DNA of 63,712 nucleotides from the NCBI GenBank assembly GCA_025354795.1, contig JANXMF010000224.1, forward strand, positions 1-63,712. Direction: 5' to 3'. Of the stretch, positions 9,434 to 18,711 are shown piece by piece. Each line of letters starts with the position of its first letter. Position 1 is the first letter of the stretch. Below the pieces are notes generated by a model that saw only the letters and a program-made list of their open reading frames with translations, was not told where the DNA came from and ran no database searches. Position numbers and translations under genes: made by a program. Source of the DNA: Pseudobdellovibrionaceae bacterium (GTDB taxonomy: Bacteria > Bdellovibrionota > Bdellovibrionia > Bdellovibrionales > UBA1609).

Positions 9434-11589
9434 CGCGTTTTTTAGTGAGTCTGGCTTTGTGCTGTTCGTACGCCCAGGCTTTGCCGAATTGGGTGGACAG
9501 TTCACACACGATTTTACTTCCCTCCGAAGTGAGTGAGCCGCTCTCTGCGACTCATGAATTCCCGTTGTTTTGGTGGAACTTCGTGGTGTTGCACCTGGAA
9601 GGCTCGGCTTGGGAGCAAGTCGACGATTTCTGTAAACGCTTCAACCGCGACACCAAGGCTTGGGTGCGGAAATCGGCATGCGGTCAAGATCTGTCGCAGT
9701 TTGAAGAGCTGCTGCGGGCGTGGGCCGCCGATCAGGATCGCCGTGAACCCGCGCCAACGAAGCGTGAACTCAAAGCGGCCCTGACCGCGACTCTGGCCAA
9801 GGCGTCTTTGCCCGGGGCCGCTGCCTTGCTTCCCGTACTGCGCTCCGATCCGCTTGGGTCTTATCGCAAGTTGCAGGACCTGCTGCTCGCGCGGCTGCAA
9901 CTCAAACTCGAAACGCAGCATGGCTATTTGTTTGATCCCGTGACTCAGCGGATCGCCATTCCCATTCAGCTTGATTTTCCGCCCAATGAAACCGCTAAGA
10001 CCAAGGCCTTTCAAGCGGCCATGGAACAGGCACTGGCGGAATTCAAAGGCCTGCATTTGGCGGGAATGATCGGCCCGCAGGCGGCGACTCTGAGCAACGA
10101 ACGGCAAATTTACCAAGACGTGCATATGATCAGTTGGGCCGGCGTATTCTTGCTGTTGGCTCAGATCGTGGTGGCGGTGGCCATTCGCCGCTGGCGGCTG
10201 CTTCTGCTCGCGCCACCCGTGATCCTTTCGACCCTTCTCGCGGGAGTGGCCACCTATTTTATTTTCGGGCGTATCCACGGACTGACGCTGTCGTTTGGTC
10301 CGGGAATCATCGGGCTTTGTTTGGACCACGGCCTCCACAGCTGCCTCAATCCGGATTGGAAGGGCGCCTGGAAAGCCAATTGGTACGGGCTGTTGACCAC
10401 GGTGGTGGCGCTCGTAGCAATGTTGTTTAGTGCGATTCCATTCCTGCGCCAGCTAATGGTGTTTTCGATTTTGGGTCTGTTCTTTGGTTTCGCGATTTAC
10501 TGGTTTCTTCACCGCTGTTTCAAACGCTATTTTAGCGTCGAGCCGCTAATGATCGAACCTAAGCCCAACCGTTTAAAGCTGGCTTTCACCCTCTCTGCGC
10601 TCGCGGCCTTGGTAGTGGGTGGCTTCTTGCTGCGGCCGAGTTTTGGTATGCAGCAAATGAATTACCAAACCGCGGCCGACCAAGAATTGATGCAGTGGTT
10701 TTTTGCCCATCTGCCGAGTGAGTCGCCGCTGTTGCAAGTGTATGGTGGTTCAGGTGGTGCTCTCGCGCCGTCGCTCGCACAGAAAAGGTTCGCCCAGGAA
10801 CATAAAATCGAGCTCGATACGGCGAGCCGCTACTTGCCTTCCGTAAGCGAGCAAGAGGACCATTTAAAGGCTTGGCGCGGGCTTTGTGCTGAACCGCGGA
10901 GTGCGGAGGAGACGCTGTTTTTTGCACCCTTTTGGAACTCCATCTGTACACCGGGGCGAGGGGCCGAGACCCTCGACCGTGGCACACCTCCGGCCTACCT
11001 GCGGGACTTTTACTTTCACCAGCGCTGGGTCTCGCTGTGGCACACCCAAAATCCGCACCAAGCGGATCTGGTGCGGACAGTTTATCCCGGCTTGAAATCG
11101 TTGGTTGAAATCGTCAATCTGTTTCAAACTCTACTCGAACGCGAGACCAGGTGGTCGATTCCGCTTTCCATTTTCCTAGCCACACTGCTGCTCTGGCACT
11201 ATTACCGAGATTTTTATTTAGTGGCATTATCATTGGTTCCGTTTTTGGTTGGAATGGGAGTCTTCGCCGCAGCGGCAATGGCGTTTCATTTTGCCATCAG
11301 TTTTATCAGTTTGATTGCTATGGTTATGCTCTTCGGCCTGAGTTTAGACTACGGAATTTTCGCCACCAATCTCTACACCGGGCGGGCAGGCCCAACGGGT
11401 CCCGGAGTGTGGACCTCGGTGGTGTTTGCCGCGGTCGTTACTTTTCTTGGTTTCTTGCCACTGATATTCTGCCATCACCCGGTGTTGGTGCATTTGGGTG
11501 AAGCCCTGGTGTGCGGCACCGCCGGCACGATTTTGGGCTCGGTGTGGGGAATCCCTTGCCTGCATTGGATTATCCGTGAAACCCGTTAA
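9430..11589 (+). CDS. MMPL/RND-superfamily predicted lipid exporter
   Basis: 719 aa with two blocks of multiple TM helices separated by soluble loops. ATGA-type overlap with the LolA-like gene. This is the canonical APE-cluster position. Confidence 0.65.
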   Translation: MTRFLVSLALCCSYAQALPNWVDSSHTILLPSEVSEPLSATHEFPLFWWNFVVLHLEGSAWEQVDDFCKRFNRDTKAWVRKSACGQDLSQFEELLRAWAADQDRREPAPTKRELKAALTATLAKASLPGAAALLPVLRSDPLGSYRKLQDLLLARLQLKLETQHGYLFDPVTQRIAIPIQLDFPPNETAKTKAFQAAMEQALAEFKGLHLAGMIGPQAATLSNERQIYQDVHMISWAGVFLLLAQIVVAVAIRRWRLLLLAPPVILSTLLAGVATYFIFGRIHGLTLSFGPGIIGLCLDHGLHSCLNPDWKGAWKANWYGLLTTVVALVAMLFSAIPFLRQLMVFSILGLFFGFAIYWFLHRCFKRYFSVEPLMIEPKPNRLKLAFTLSALAALVVGGFLLRPSFGMQQMNYQTAADQELMQWFFAHLPSESPLLQVYGGSGGALAPSLAQKRFAQEHKIELDTASRYLPSVSEQEDHLKAWRGLCAEPRSAEETLFFAPFWNSICTPGRGAETLDRGTPPAYLRDFYFHQRWVSLWHTQNPHQADLVRTVYPGLKSLVEIVNLFQTLLERETRWSIPLSIFLATLLLWHYYRDFYLVALSLVPFLVGMGVFAAAAMAFHFAISFISLIAMVMLFGLSLDYGIFATNLYTGRAGPTGPGVWTSVVFAAVVTFLGFLPLIFCHHPVLVHLGEALVCGTAGTILGSVWGIPCLHWIIRETR

Positions 11590-13153
11590 GTGGTTGGCGC
11601 TCATACTGCTGCTCATGTGGACGTGGGCGATTCGGGTTTACCACATCGGTGTTTTGGTTCCACCGCTTCCTCAAGTCACCCATGCCACCGCCCAATGGAT
11701 CAGTAAGAGTGAAATCGGCATCAATCAATTGCTGCTCACGGGCGACGCTTATGGCCGAGGCCTGCGCGCGGGAGAACTCACCCGCCACTTGCTCCGCCTG
11801 CAAGAGCAAGAACTCAGCGCTCAGCTTTTTTCCATGATTCCCGAATGGCTCTTTAAAATTTTGGAAGTCCCGCTGATCCGCTACTTCTGGGGAATTGAAA
11901 AACATCTCGACCCGTGGATGCTTGACGAAATGTATGGCATCGCCCAATCGGCGCCCAAAGAATTTGAGCGGCTCATCGACAGCTACACTCGGCAGCTCGC
12001 CTATCATGGCCTGCATGAGGTGGGACAGATGATGGTGGATCAAGGTGGCGAAGATATGGGTTGCACCGTGGTAGCGGCGCCTGTCGCTGGCCACGATTGG
12101 GTGCTGGGACGCAACTTTGATTTTGAGGGCAGTCGCACCCTCGACCGTGAGAAAATCATGAAGTGGGTGTTTCCCGATTCCGGCCTCGCTTATGTTTCGG
12201 TGATTTGGGCGGGAATGGTGGGCGGCGTGACAGGAGTGAATGAGCGGGGGCTTTATCTCTCGCTTAACGCCGCAGGTAGCGAGGATCATCGCCGCATGGG
12301 TATGCCGACCTCCTTGTTGATGGTCAAAGTATTGATGTTCGCGCACAACGCTGCGGAGGCCATCCACCTGCTGGAAAGCGAGAACACTTTCATCACCGAT
12401 ATTTTTGTACTGCTCGATTCTCAGTCCGGAGAGCTCTACCGCATTGAGAAATCCCCTCGCGCGACCGAAGTCATGCGTTTGCGTCAAGCCAGCGCGGTCA
12501 CTAATCACCTACAATCGCCGCGCTTTGCGCACGACAAAGTAAACCAAATGCGCAAAGTTCAGTTGACCACGGAGGCGCGCAGCCAGCGTGCGCAAGAGCG
12601 GCTGCGGGCACCCGAGATTTACAACGCCAAAACCGCCCGTGAACTCGAGCTTCCAGTGCTAAAAATCTTACGCGATAAGGGTCCGCAGCTTGGCAACCGG
12701 CGCGCGATTGATCCGTTGATTGCCACCCATTCCGTGGTTTTCAATTCGGCGGAGCGGATCTTATTTGTAGGTCAAGGTCCAGCGCTGACGGGCGCCTTTC
12801 TTGGCTTCGATCTTAGCGCTTCGTTTGCGCGGCGAAAACCGGTCTTGGTGCGCGCCCTACCTCGTGACCAAGTCAGTGAAGAAACCTTTGCGCAGCTTCA
12901 TGCTTCGCGAAAACTCGTCACCCTCGCCGAGCACCAGCTTAAACCCGGCCACTGCACGCATGCGCGCGAACTGATCGCGCAAATCACTTGGCGAGAGTCG
13001 GTGGCTTACTATCAGTTGCTCGGTGATGTGGCCGCAACCTGTGATCAGGACGTCACACTTGCGGTCAAACACTGGCAACAGGCGCTGGCCATGGTTCCGG
13101 CTTACCGCAAAGAGGAAGAGGCTCTGCGCGTGCGCCTCGAAGGAAAACTATGA
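11576..13153 (+). CDS. membrane-anchored Ntn-hydrolase superfamily protein (peptidase C45 / acyl-CoA:6-APA acyltransferase-like) with TPR-like tail
   Basis: Gly-Cys nucleophile context GEDMGCTVVAAPVAGHDWVLGRNFDFEG. N-terminal TM segment WLALILLLMWTWAI. A GTG at 11576 is preferred over the ORF-track ATG at 11498, which overlaps the upstream gene by 92 nt. Confidence 0.55.
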   Translation: MKPVKWLALILLLMWTWAIRVYHIGVLVPPLPQVTHATAQWISKSEIGINQLLLTGDAYGRGLRAGELTRHLLRLQEQELSAQLFSMIPEWLFKILEVPLIRYFWGIEKHLDPWMLDEMYGIAQSAPKEFERLIDSYTRQLAYHGLHEVGQMMVDQGGEDMGCTVVAAPVAGHDWVLGRNFDFEGSRTLDREKIMKWVFPDSGLAYVSVIWAGMVGGVTGVNERGLYLSLNAAGSEDHRRMGMPTSLLMVKVLMFAHNAAEAIHLLESENTFITDIFVLLDSQSGELYRIEKSPRATEVMRLRQASAVTNHLQSPRFAHDKVNQMRKVQLTTEARSQRAQERLRAPEIYNAKTARELELPVLKILRDKGPQLGNRRAIDPLIATHSVVFNSAERILFVGQGPALTGAFLGFDLSASFARRKPVLVRALPRDQVSEETFAQLHASRKLVTLAEHQLKPGHCTHARELIAQITWRESVAYYQLLGDVAATCDQDVTLAVKHWQQALAMVPAYRKEEEALRVRLEGKL

Positions 13154-13662
13154 AATTCATCCTGCAAAGCAGCTTAATATTGCTCACGCTCTCGGCGTGT
13201 GTGACGCCAACCAAATTGCCAGTCGCGCCGCAACCCGAGCCCAGCACCCTGATTTTCCCCTTTGGCCGCTATCGCCACCAAGTGGAACTACAAATCACGC
13301 CAGAGCCTGCGCATTTTTCGTTTGCCAGCGTGGTGCAGACCAGCGCCACAGTCATCCATTTGGTCGCGCTGTCGCCGTTCGGAACCACGCTCCTAAAGAT
13401 TCACGAAGATCGGGTCAAGAACGAAGTGACCTTTGATGTTTACGAACCCCAGCTCAACCGGGCCCGCGACAAATTCAAGCCGTATTATGCGTTGCTGAGA
13501 AAGCTTCTTTTGATGCCCCGAGGAGCGCCGGCGGAGATCGTGCACGAGGGCCATACGGCCAAGCTTACTTTTAGCCAGTGGGAAAAGAATATTCCCCGTC
13601 ATATTTTAGTTGAGGAGCCCACCTTTAGCTTAAATATTCAGGTGGAGCCACTCGATGATTAA
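13150..13662 (+). CDS. lipoprotein, DUF3261-like (APE-cluster associated)
   Basis: Lipobox LTLSAC near the N-terminus. ATGA overlap with the upstream gene. Size and position match the DUF3261 lipoproteins of APE clusters. Confidence 0.6.
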   Translation: MKFILQSSLILLTLSACVTPTKLPVAPQPEPSTLIFPFGRYRHQVELQITPEPAHFSFASVVQTSATVIHLVALSPFGTTLLKIHEDRVKNEVTFDVYEPQLNRARDKFKPYYALLRKLLLMPRGAPAEIVHEGHTAKLTFSQWEKNIPRHILVEEPTFSLNIQVEPLDD

Positions 13663-13855
13663 ATGGCTTTACGTCTCTCTACTCACCTATTTTACAGGCG
13701 AAATTATTCTGCGCCGGGAGCTGTGGGGCCAGGTACCGACTCAGATACCCGCGCTGGTGGTGTTTGCCACTCTGGCCATAAATAGTTTTGTTCTCTGGCG
13801 GCTTTTAGTCCGGGCGGTGCCTGCGGTGGGCTCGAGAACACCGGAAAAAAGGTAA
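13655..13855 (+). CDS. possible small two-TM membrane protein
   Basis: Overlaps the upstream stop by 8 nt. Two hydrophobic segments. It also overlaps by about 150 nt the convergent Pro-rich tail of the 13704-15641 gene, so one of the two readings may be spurious. Confidence 0.3.
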   Translation: MIKWLYVSLLTYFTGEIILRRELWGQVPTQIPALVVFATLAINSFVLWRLLVRAVPAVGSRTPEKR

Positions 13856-15641
13856 ACCATTGCTCGGGGTAAAGACTCAGGACTCGCTCCAGGGCCTGTG
13901 CATATTGCTGGGCCCACGCGCGTAGCTGTAAGGAGCGAGGCTGATCGTCGCGATATGCAACCGCAAAGGCGGGCTGGGCATAGAGATCATACGCTTGGTG
14001 CTTGCTCTTGAACCCAAAAGTAAAAAGCAAGGAGCTGCCGCACGAGGCGGCCACGCGAAAGGGCCGGGTGTCGATCGGGATCAATTTGCCGAAAAAACTG
14101 ACCAGTTCCATGTTGCTGCACATCGGGCGATCGGCCATTAGGCCGACCGGGTCACCCTGTTGCAGCAAAGTTCTGATCCGCAACACCGGATCCTCGTTTG
14201 TTAGGAGCGCATTGTCGCGCACGGAACTGGAATTTCTTGAACGTTGTGGGGGCTGATACTGCACCATGTGGAAGCGCCCTGATAAATTAGCTTTGTTTAT
14301 GTAGCTGGTGGCTAAATCCCAGCCGCCGACGTGGCTGCTGAGCAAAATTAAAGGTTGCCGAGTGCGCATGGCATTGTGGATATGTTCGAGGCCATTGGTA
14401 TTGGTACTAAACAAGGAATTTCCCGCAGTTTCCTGCATGCCGCGGTCGAGCAGCACCTGGGCGAACCGAAACAGCTGCCAGAGCACCAAAAGTTGACGAG
14501 CAAACAAACCGCAATGAGGTCTGAGCGCGCGCCAGTATTCATCCGCCGCCCGCCGCGCGCGCGGCGCGAACAGGTAAAAATAAGGGATTATAAAAACTAG
14601 AAGGACATAAGCGGCACGAAGGCCGAGAAAGCGTAGAACCAGACGCAAAAAACCATTGCCCAAACGTCCACCACGCGCGCGTCCGTTCCAATTGCTTGTC
14701 GCGCCTCCGCGCCCACGTTGTGCTAAAAACCACACCACGGATCCCGCCGCCAGTGCGACGGCCGCGCGCAGCCCACCAGGCAGAGCCAAAATCCGCGAGC
14801 CGCTCCAACCCACCAGTAAAAACACCAAGTTAAGGCGCAACGCTAAGGTAAGCGCTGCGGCCGCAATGAAACCCAACCCCGCCCATGGCGCCAAGAAAAA
14901 TCCAGTAGCTAAAGCCATGCCCATGCCCAACGGGCCAGTAAACATCAGCGAAATCACCACCAGTGCCGTGTTGAGAAGCGAAATACGAAAATTGTCCCAC
15001 AGTTTATGAAAATGACTGACGCGCTCCTCGGGGCGCGGATAATGCACGTCGATCTCGATTTCAGTGACCTTTACTCCGGCCCACAGCAGGCGAATCAGAA
15101 CCTCGATTTCAAAATCAAAACGGCGGCTCCAAAAGCGCCGCGACTGCAGGTGGAAAAGTGGATAGATGCGGTAACCGCTCTGCGAGTCCTGAATGGTGGC
15201 GCGCGTTTGGTAGGTGACCCAAAAATTGGAAAAGCGGCGGCCAAGTTTGGAAATGTCAGGCACATGGGCCTGCTGATCAAAGCGGCGCCGACCAATGATC
15301 AAATTCCATGGATTTTGGGCGGCGGCGGCGAGCAAAGAACCAGCCTCGCTGAGCAAATGTTGGCCGTCACCATCTAGGCTCAGCACATGGGTAAAGCCGC
15401 GCGCAGTGGCCCACTCAAATGCGTGTTGAAGGGCTACGCCTTTGCCGCGATTGCGTTCAAAGCGCAAAATTTCAAGGCGGCCTGGACCTTCGCCTTTGAG
15501 CAGGGTACTCACGGAAAAATCCGACCCGTCGTCAATCACCAACACGGAGTGCGGTGTTTGCGCAAGCGCCGCGTGCGTGACCTGCGCGATGGTCTCGCGG
15601 TTGTTGTAGGTCGGAATACAAATCAACACGCGCAAAATCAC
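13704..15641 (-). CDS. fusion protein: GT2 glycosyltransferase - TM region - LpxL/HtrB-type lipid acyltransferase
   Basis: N-terminus VLICIPTYNNRETI, VIDDGSD and LDGDGQH (GT2). Central TM helices. C-terminus LLSSHVGGWDLA (H-x4-D type) and YPEQWFTFFPVF (LpxL-like end). Confidence 0.75.
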   Translation of the reverse strand: MILRVLICIPTYNNRETIAQVTHAALAQTPHSVLVIDDGSDFSVSTLLKGEGPGRLEILRFERNRGKGVALQHAFEWATARGFTHVLSLDGDGQHLLSEAGSLLAAAAQNPWNLIIGRRRFDQQAHVPDISKLGRRFSNFWVTYQTRATIQDSQSGYRIYPLFHLQSRRFWSRRFDFEIEVLIRLLWAGVKVTEIEIDVHYPRPEERVSHFHKLWDNFRISLLNTALVVISLMFTGPLGMGMALATGFFLAPWAGLGFIAAAALTLALRLNLVFLLVGWSGSRILALPGGLRAAVALAAGSVVWFLAQRGRGGATSNWNGRARGGRLGNGFLRLVLRFLGLRAAYVLLVFIIPYFYLFAPRARRAADEYWRALRPHCGLFARQLLVLWQLFRFAQVLLDRGMQETAGNSLFSTNTNGLEHIHNAMRTRQPLILLSSHVGGWDLATSYINKANLSGRFHMVQYQPPQRSRNSSSVRDNALLTNEDPVLRIRTLLQQGDPVGLMADRPMCSNMELVSFFGKLIPIDTRPFRVAASCGSSLLFTFGFKSKHQAYDLYAQPAFAVAYRDDQPRSLQLRAWAQQYAQALERVLSLYPEQWFTFFPVFSSPPQAPPGLKAAREQNYLWPEWQTPPARVSESVPGPTAPGAE

Positions 15642-16411
15642 GCGAGCGCCTTATCTATAAGGCGGCGCACTTCAAGACTCAAGTCTTCAGCCGAGGCAAA
15701 TATCAAGGGGTCAACCGCCGGTAAAGCGCGCACCCGTACCTTATGGCCCGCATGCAAACCAAACCAGCCGCGTGGCCAAATGCGGTCCGTGCCTTCAATC
15801 ACGATGGGTAGGATCGGCACTCCGGCTTCGCGCGCCGCTAAAAATGGCGCGGTCATAAAGGCATTGGTTCCACGCATACCCAGCGCACAGCGGGTCATCT
15901 CCGGAAACACATGCACCACTTCGCCGGCCTTGAGTCTTTTCTGCGCGATCTTCATAGCGTTCCAAAAAGAATCCAAATGACCGCGGCGGATAGGAATCTG
16001 GCCGGTGACTTTCATCATGACATTTAAAAAGGGAATGTAAAACAGCGAGCTTTTGGCTAAAATATGAATCCCTCGCACTCGCGCCAACAATAAAAAAACA
16101 TCGAGGTGGGAGCGGTGATTCGACGCCAACAAAACCCCGCCCTGGGGGATCGCTAGGTCGCTGTCAAACTCGAGCCAAGGTTGCACCCTCATCAGCCAGC
16201 CAATTCCCCACACTAAGATACCATCCGCAGGCTTTTGTGCTGCAGGATAGAGAAACGACAAAAAATAGAGTGGAATATAAATTCCGACACTCAAAGGCAC
16301 TCCGATGAGGGCAATGGTGAGCAGAAAATACCCCATCCAAAGCCGCCCCAGTACTTCCTTGAAGCGCAGCGCTAAAAGCGGTGCTATCTGTACTTTGACA
16401 TCCTGACTCAT
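15638..16411 (-). CDS. 1-acyl-sn-glycerol-3-phosphate acyltransferase-like (PlsC/LPLAT family)
   Basis: Motifs NHRSHLD (H-x4-D) and FPEMTR. N-terminal TM helices. 4-nt overlap with the downstream gene. Confidence 0.8.
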   Translation of the reverse strand: MSQDVKVQIAPLLALRFKEVLGRLWMGYFLLTIALIGVPLSVGIYIPLYFLSFLYPAAQKPADGILVWGIGWLMRVQPWLEFDSDLAIPQGGVLLASNHRSHLDVFLLLARVRGIHILAKSSLFYIPFLNVMMKVTGQIPIRRGHLDSFWNAMKIAQKRLKAGEVVHVFPEMTRCALGMRGTNAFMTAPFLAAREAGVPILPIVIEGTDRIWPRGWFGLHAGHKVRVRALPAVDPLIFASAEDLSLEVRRLIDKALA

Positions 16412-16462
16412 TGGCGATTAATACAGTGGACGCTCACTGATTTCAACAATGTGGAGCATTTA

Positions 16463-17209
16463 ATGGCGAATAACACCCAGGTCGCTTTGGTGACCGGCGC
16501 CTCCAAGGGTATTGGACGAGCTATTGCTATACGCTTGGCGCGCGAAGGCTATCGAATTTTGGTGCATTTCCATCGCGACGCTGCGGGCGCGGAAGGCACT
16601 CTAGAGTCGATTCGGGCCGGGGGCGGGATGGGCGATCTCATAGGCTTTGATGTGGGTGATGGAAAAGCCGCTGAGGACGAGTTGAATCGCTACTTTTGCA
16701 AACATCCCGAACTTCGCATTGAAATTTTAGTCAACAACGCCGGCACTCATAAAGATGGCCTTCTGGGCCTTATGTCTGACCATGACTTTGAGTCGGTAAT
16801 GCGCACCAACGCTTTTGGCGCTTTTAATTTATTGCGCTGGAGCGTGCGCAAAATGATTCGTCAGCGCGCCGGCTGCATTGTCAATATCACCTCGCTTGCG
16901 GGCCAGATGGGCAACGCCGGTCAGGTCAACTATGCCGCAAGCAAGGCCGCGCTGATTGCCATGACTAAGTCTTTGAGCATGGAAGTCGGCTCGCGTGGGA
17001 TTCGCGTCAACGCCGTGGCGCCGGGGTTTATTGAAACCGAAATGATCAGTCAAATCCCCGACCTCGAGGGGCATAAGAGGCGCATTCCTCTCGGTCGTTT
17101 CGGCACAGTCGATGAAGTCGCGGGTAGTGTGGCATTTTTATGTTCTAAAGACGCAAGTTACATCACGGGCTGCACCTTAAGTGTGAACGGCGGTCTTGTT
17201 CCGCTATGA
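16463..17209 (+). CDS. 3-oxoacyl-ACP reductase (FabG-like SDR)
   Basis: TGASKGIGRAIA, NNAG and the YAASKAA catalytic motif. Confidence 0.9.
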   Translation: MANNTQVALVTGASKGIGRAIAIRLAREGYRILVHFHRDAAGAEGTLESIRAGGGMGDLIGFDVGDGKAAEDELNRYFCKHPELRIEILVNNAGTHKDGLLGLMSDHDFESVMRTNAFGAFNLLRWSVRKMIRQRAGCIVNITSLAGQMGNAGQVNYAASKAALIAMTKSLSMEVGSRGIRVNAVAPGFIETEMISQIPDLEGHKRRIPLGRFGTVDEVAGSVAFLCSKDASYITGCTLSVNGGLVPL

Positions 17210-18711
17210 AAAAGCGCGACGCGATTATCATTGGCTCAGGGATTTCAGCGCTCACTTGCGCGCTACTCCTGGCCAAGCGTGGAAAATCAGTGACCGTGCT
17301 CGAACAATACAAAAAGCCGGGCGGGTACCTCCATTGCTTCAGTCGTTTCGGCGAACGCTTTGATACCGGCGCCCACTATGTTGGCGCCATGGATCCGGGC
17401 CATCCGTTTCACACGCTGCTGAGTTATCTTGGCGTGTATGGTGAAGAGGAATTCGTGGCGCTCGATCCGAGCGGCTTTGATGAATTTCATTTCCCCGAAT
17501 TTACGGTTCAGATGCCGAAGGGATATCCCGAGGCGGTGGCAAGGCTTAGCGAATTGTTTCCCCACGAGCACGCGGCCATCGCTGAGTTTTTCACGTTGGT
17601 GCGTCAGGCGGTTCAGTTCTTTCCGACCTATGAATTCAACGATTCCATGCAAGAGCTGCCGATGCAGCACATATTTGAAACCTCGCTCGCAACCGTGGTG
17701 AGGCGCTTGACCAGCAATCCGCGACTACAGTGCACTTTGTTTGCCTACTGTGGTTTGCATGGCGTGCAGCCCGACGACGTGGCGTTTGGTTTTCATGCGC
17801 TGGTGGTGGATTCCTTGGTGCGCAGTCCCTATGGATTGAAGAATGGTGGCGATGCCTTAACTCAGAAATTCGTGAGGCAACTGGAGGCTTTGGGCGGCGA
17901 GGTCTTGCTCGGGCACAAAGTCGTGCAACTGGAGATTCGCGACCAACATATCAAGCGCGTGGTGACTGAAGCTGGGGCGGAGTTCGAGTCTGAGTGGGTG
18001 ATTTCGGCGATTCATCCGAAGGCGACGTTTGCCTTGTGTGACGATGTGAAGGTGTTCTCGCCTCTATTCGCGCGGCGGTTGGAGGCTCTCAAAGAGAGCG
18101 TGGGACTGTTTGGAATTTCCGCGCTCACCACGGACACGAGCTTAAATCCCTTACGCAATTATTATTTTTTTGAGTCCTCAGATCCGCAACGTTTCTTGTT
18201 GGCCGGTGAGGCCGATGCCACTCCGGGAGTGGTATTTTTGTCCTCCGCCCGCCGCGTTCCTTCGGAGAATAGGATTCAACCGATCAATCTGCATTCTCCG
18301 GCGCCGCACACGTGGTTTTCTCAGTGGCGGGAATCGGCTTATGCCAAACGCAGCGAAGAATATAAAAGCCTCAAACTGAGCTTGGCCGAAAATGTCTTTG
18401 CTCGCGTCGAGCAGTACCGCCCGGGTTTTCGCGAGCAGGTCACGCGTTTTGCCACCTCCACGCCGCTAACCAATTTGCATTTCAATGGGTCGGCTGAAGG
18501 TTCAGCCTACGGACTCTATCACTCAATACAAAACACCGGGCCGCGCGCCATCGGGCCGCGCACCAAGGTGCTCAATTTACTTTTGACCGGGCAAAATTGT
18601 CTATTCCCGGGACTCCTCGGCGCGGCCATCGCCGGACTGCGCACCAGTGGTCATATTGTCGGCATCAAACCCGTGCTTGGTGAGCTCAAAGAACTGGGAG
18701 CCAATGCATGA
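17206..18711 (+). CDS. NAD(P)/FAD-dependent oxidoreductase, phytoene-desaturase (CrtI)-like
   Basis: Dinucleotide fold DAIIIGSGISALTCALLLAKRGKSVTVLEQ. About 500 aa. ATGA overlap on both sides. Confidence 0.7.
   Translation: MKKRDAIIIGSGISALTCALLLAKRGKSVTVLEQYKKPGGYLHCFSRFGERFDTGAHYVGAMDPGHPFHTLLSYLGVYGEEEFVALDPSGFDEFHFPEFTVQMPKGYPEAVARLSELFPHEHAAIAEFFTLVRQAVQFFPTYEFNDSMQELPMQHIFETSLATVVRRLTSNPRLQCTLFAYCGLHGVQPDDVAFGFHALVVDSLVRSPYGLKNGGDALTQKFVRQLEALGGEVLLGHKVVQLEIRDQHIKRVVTEAGAEFESEWVISAIHPKATFALCDDVKVFSPLFARRLEALKESVGLFGISALTTDTSLNPLRNYYFFESSDPQRFLLAGEADATPGVVFLSSARRVPSENRIQPINLHSPAPHTWFSQWRESAYAKRSEEYKSLKLSLAENVFARVEQYRPGFREQVTRFATSTPLTNLHFNGSAEGSAYGLYHSIQNTGPRAIGPRTKVLNLLLTGQNCLFPGLLGAAIAGLRTSGHIVGIKPVLGELKELGANA

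Noticed and set aside
9514-10338. 274-aa antisense ORF inside the MMPL gene
   Set aside because: A shadow ORF typical of GC-rich coding DNA (Arg/Gly/Pro-rich, no motifs). The sense-strand protein has clear membrane-protein features.
11570-12508. 312-aa antisense ORF inside the C45-like gene
   Set aside because: Same reasoning: antisense shadow ORF with no recognisable domain.
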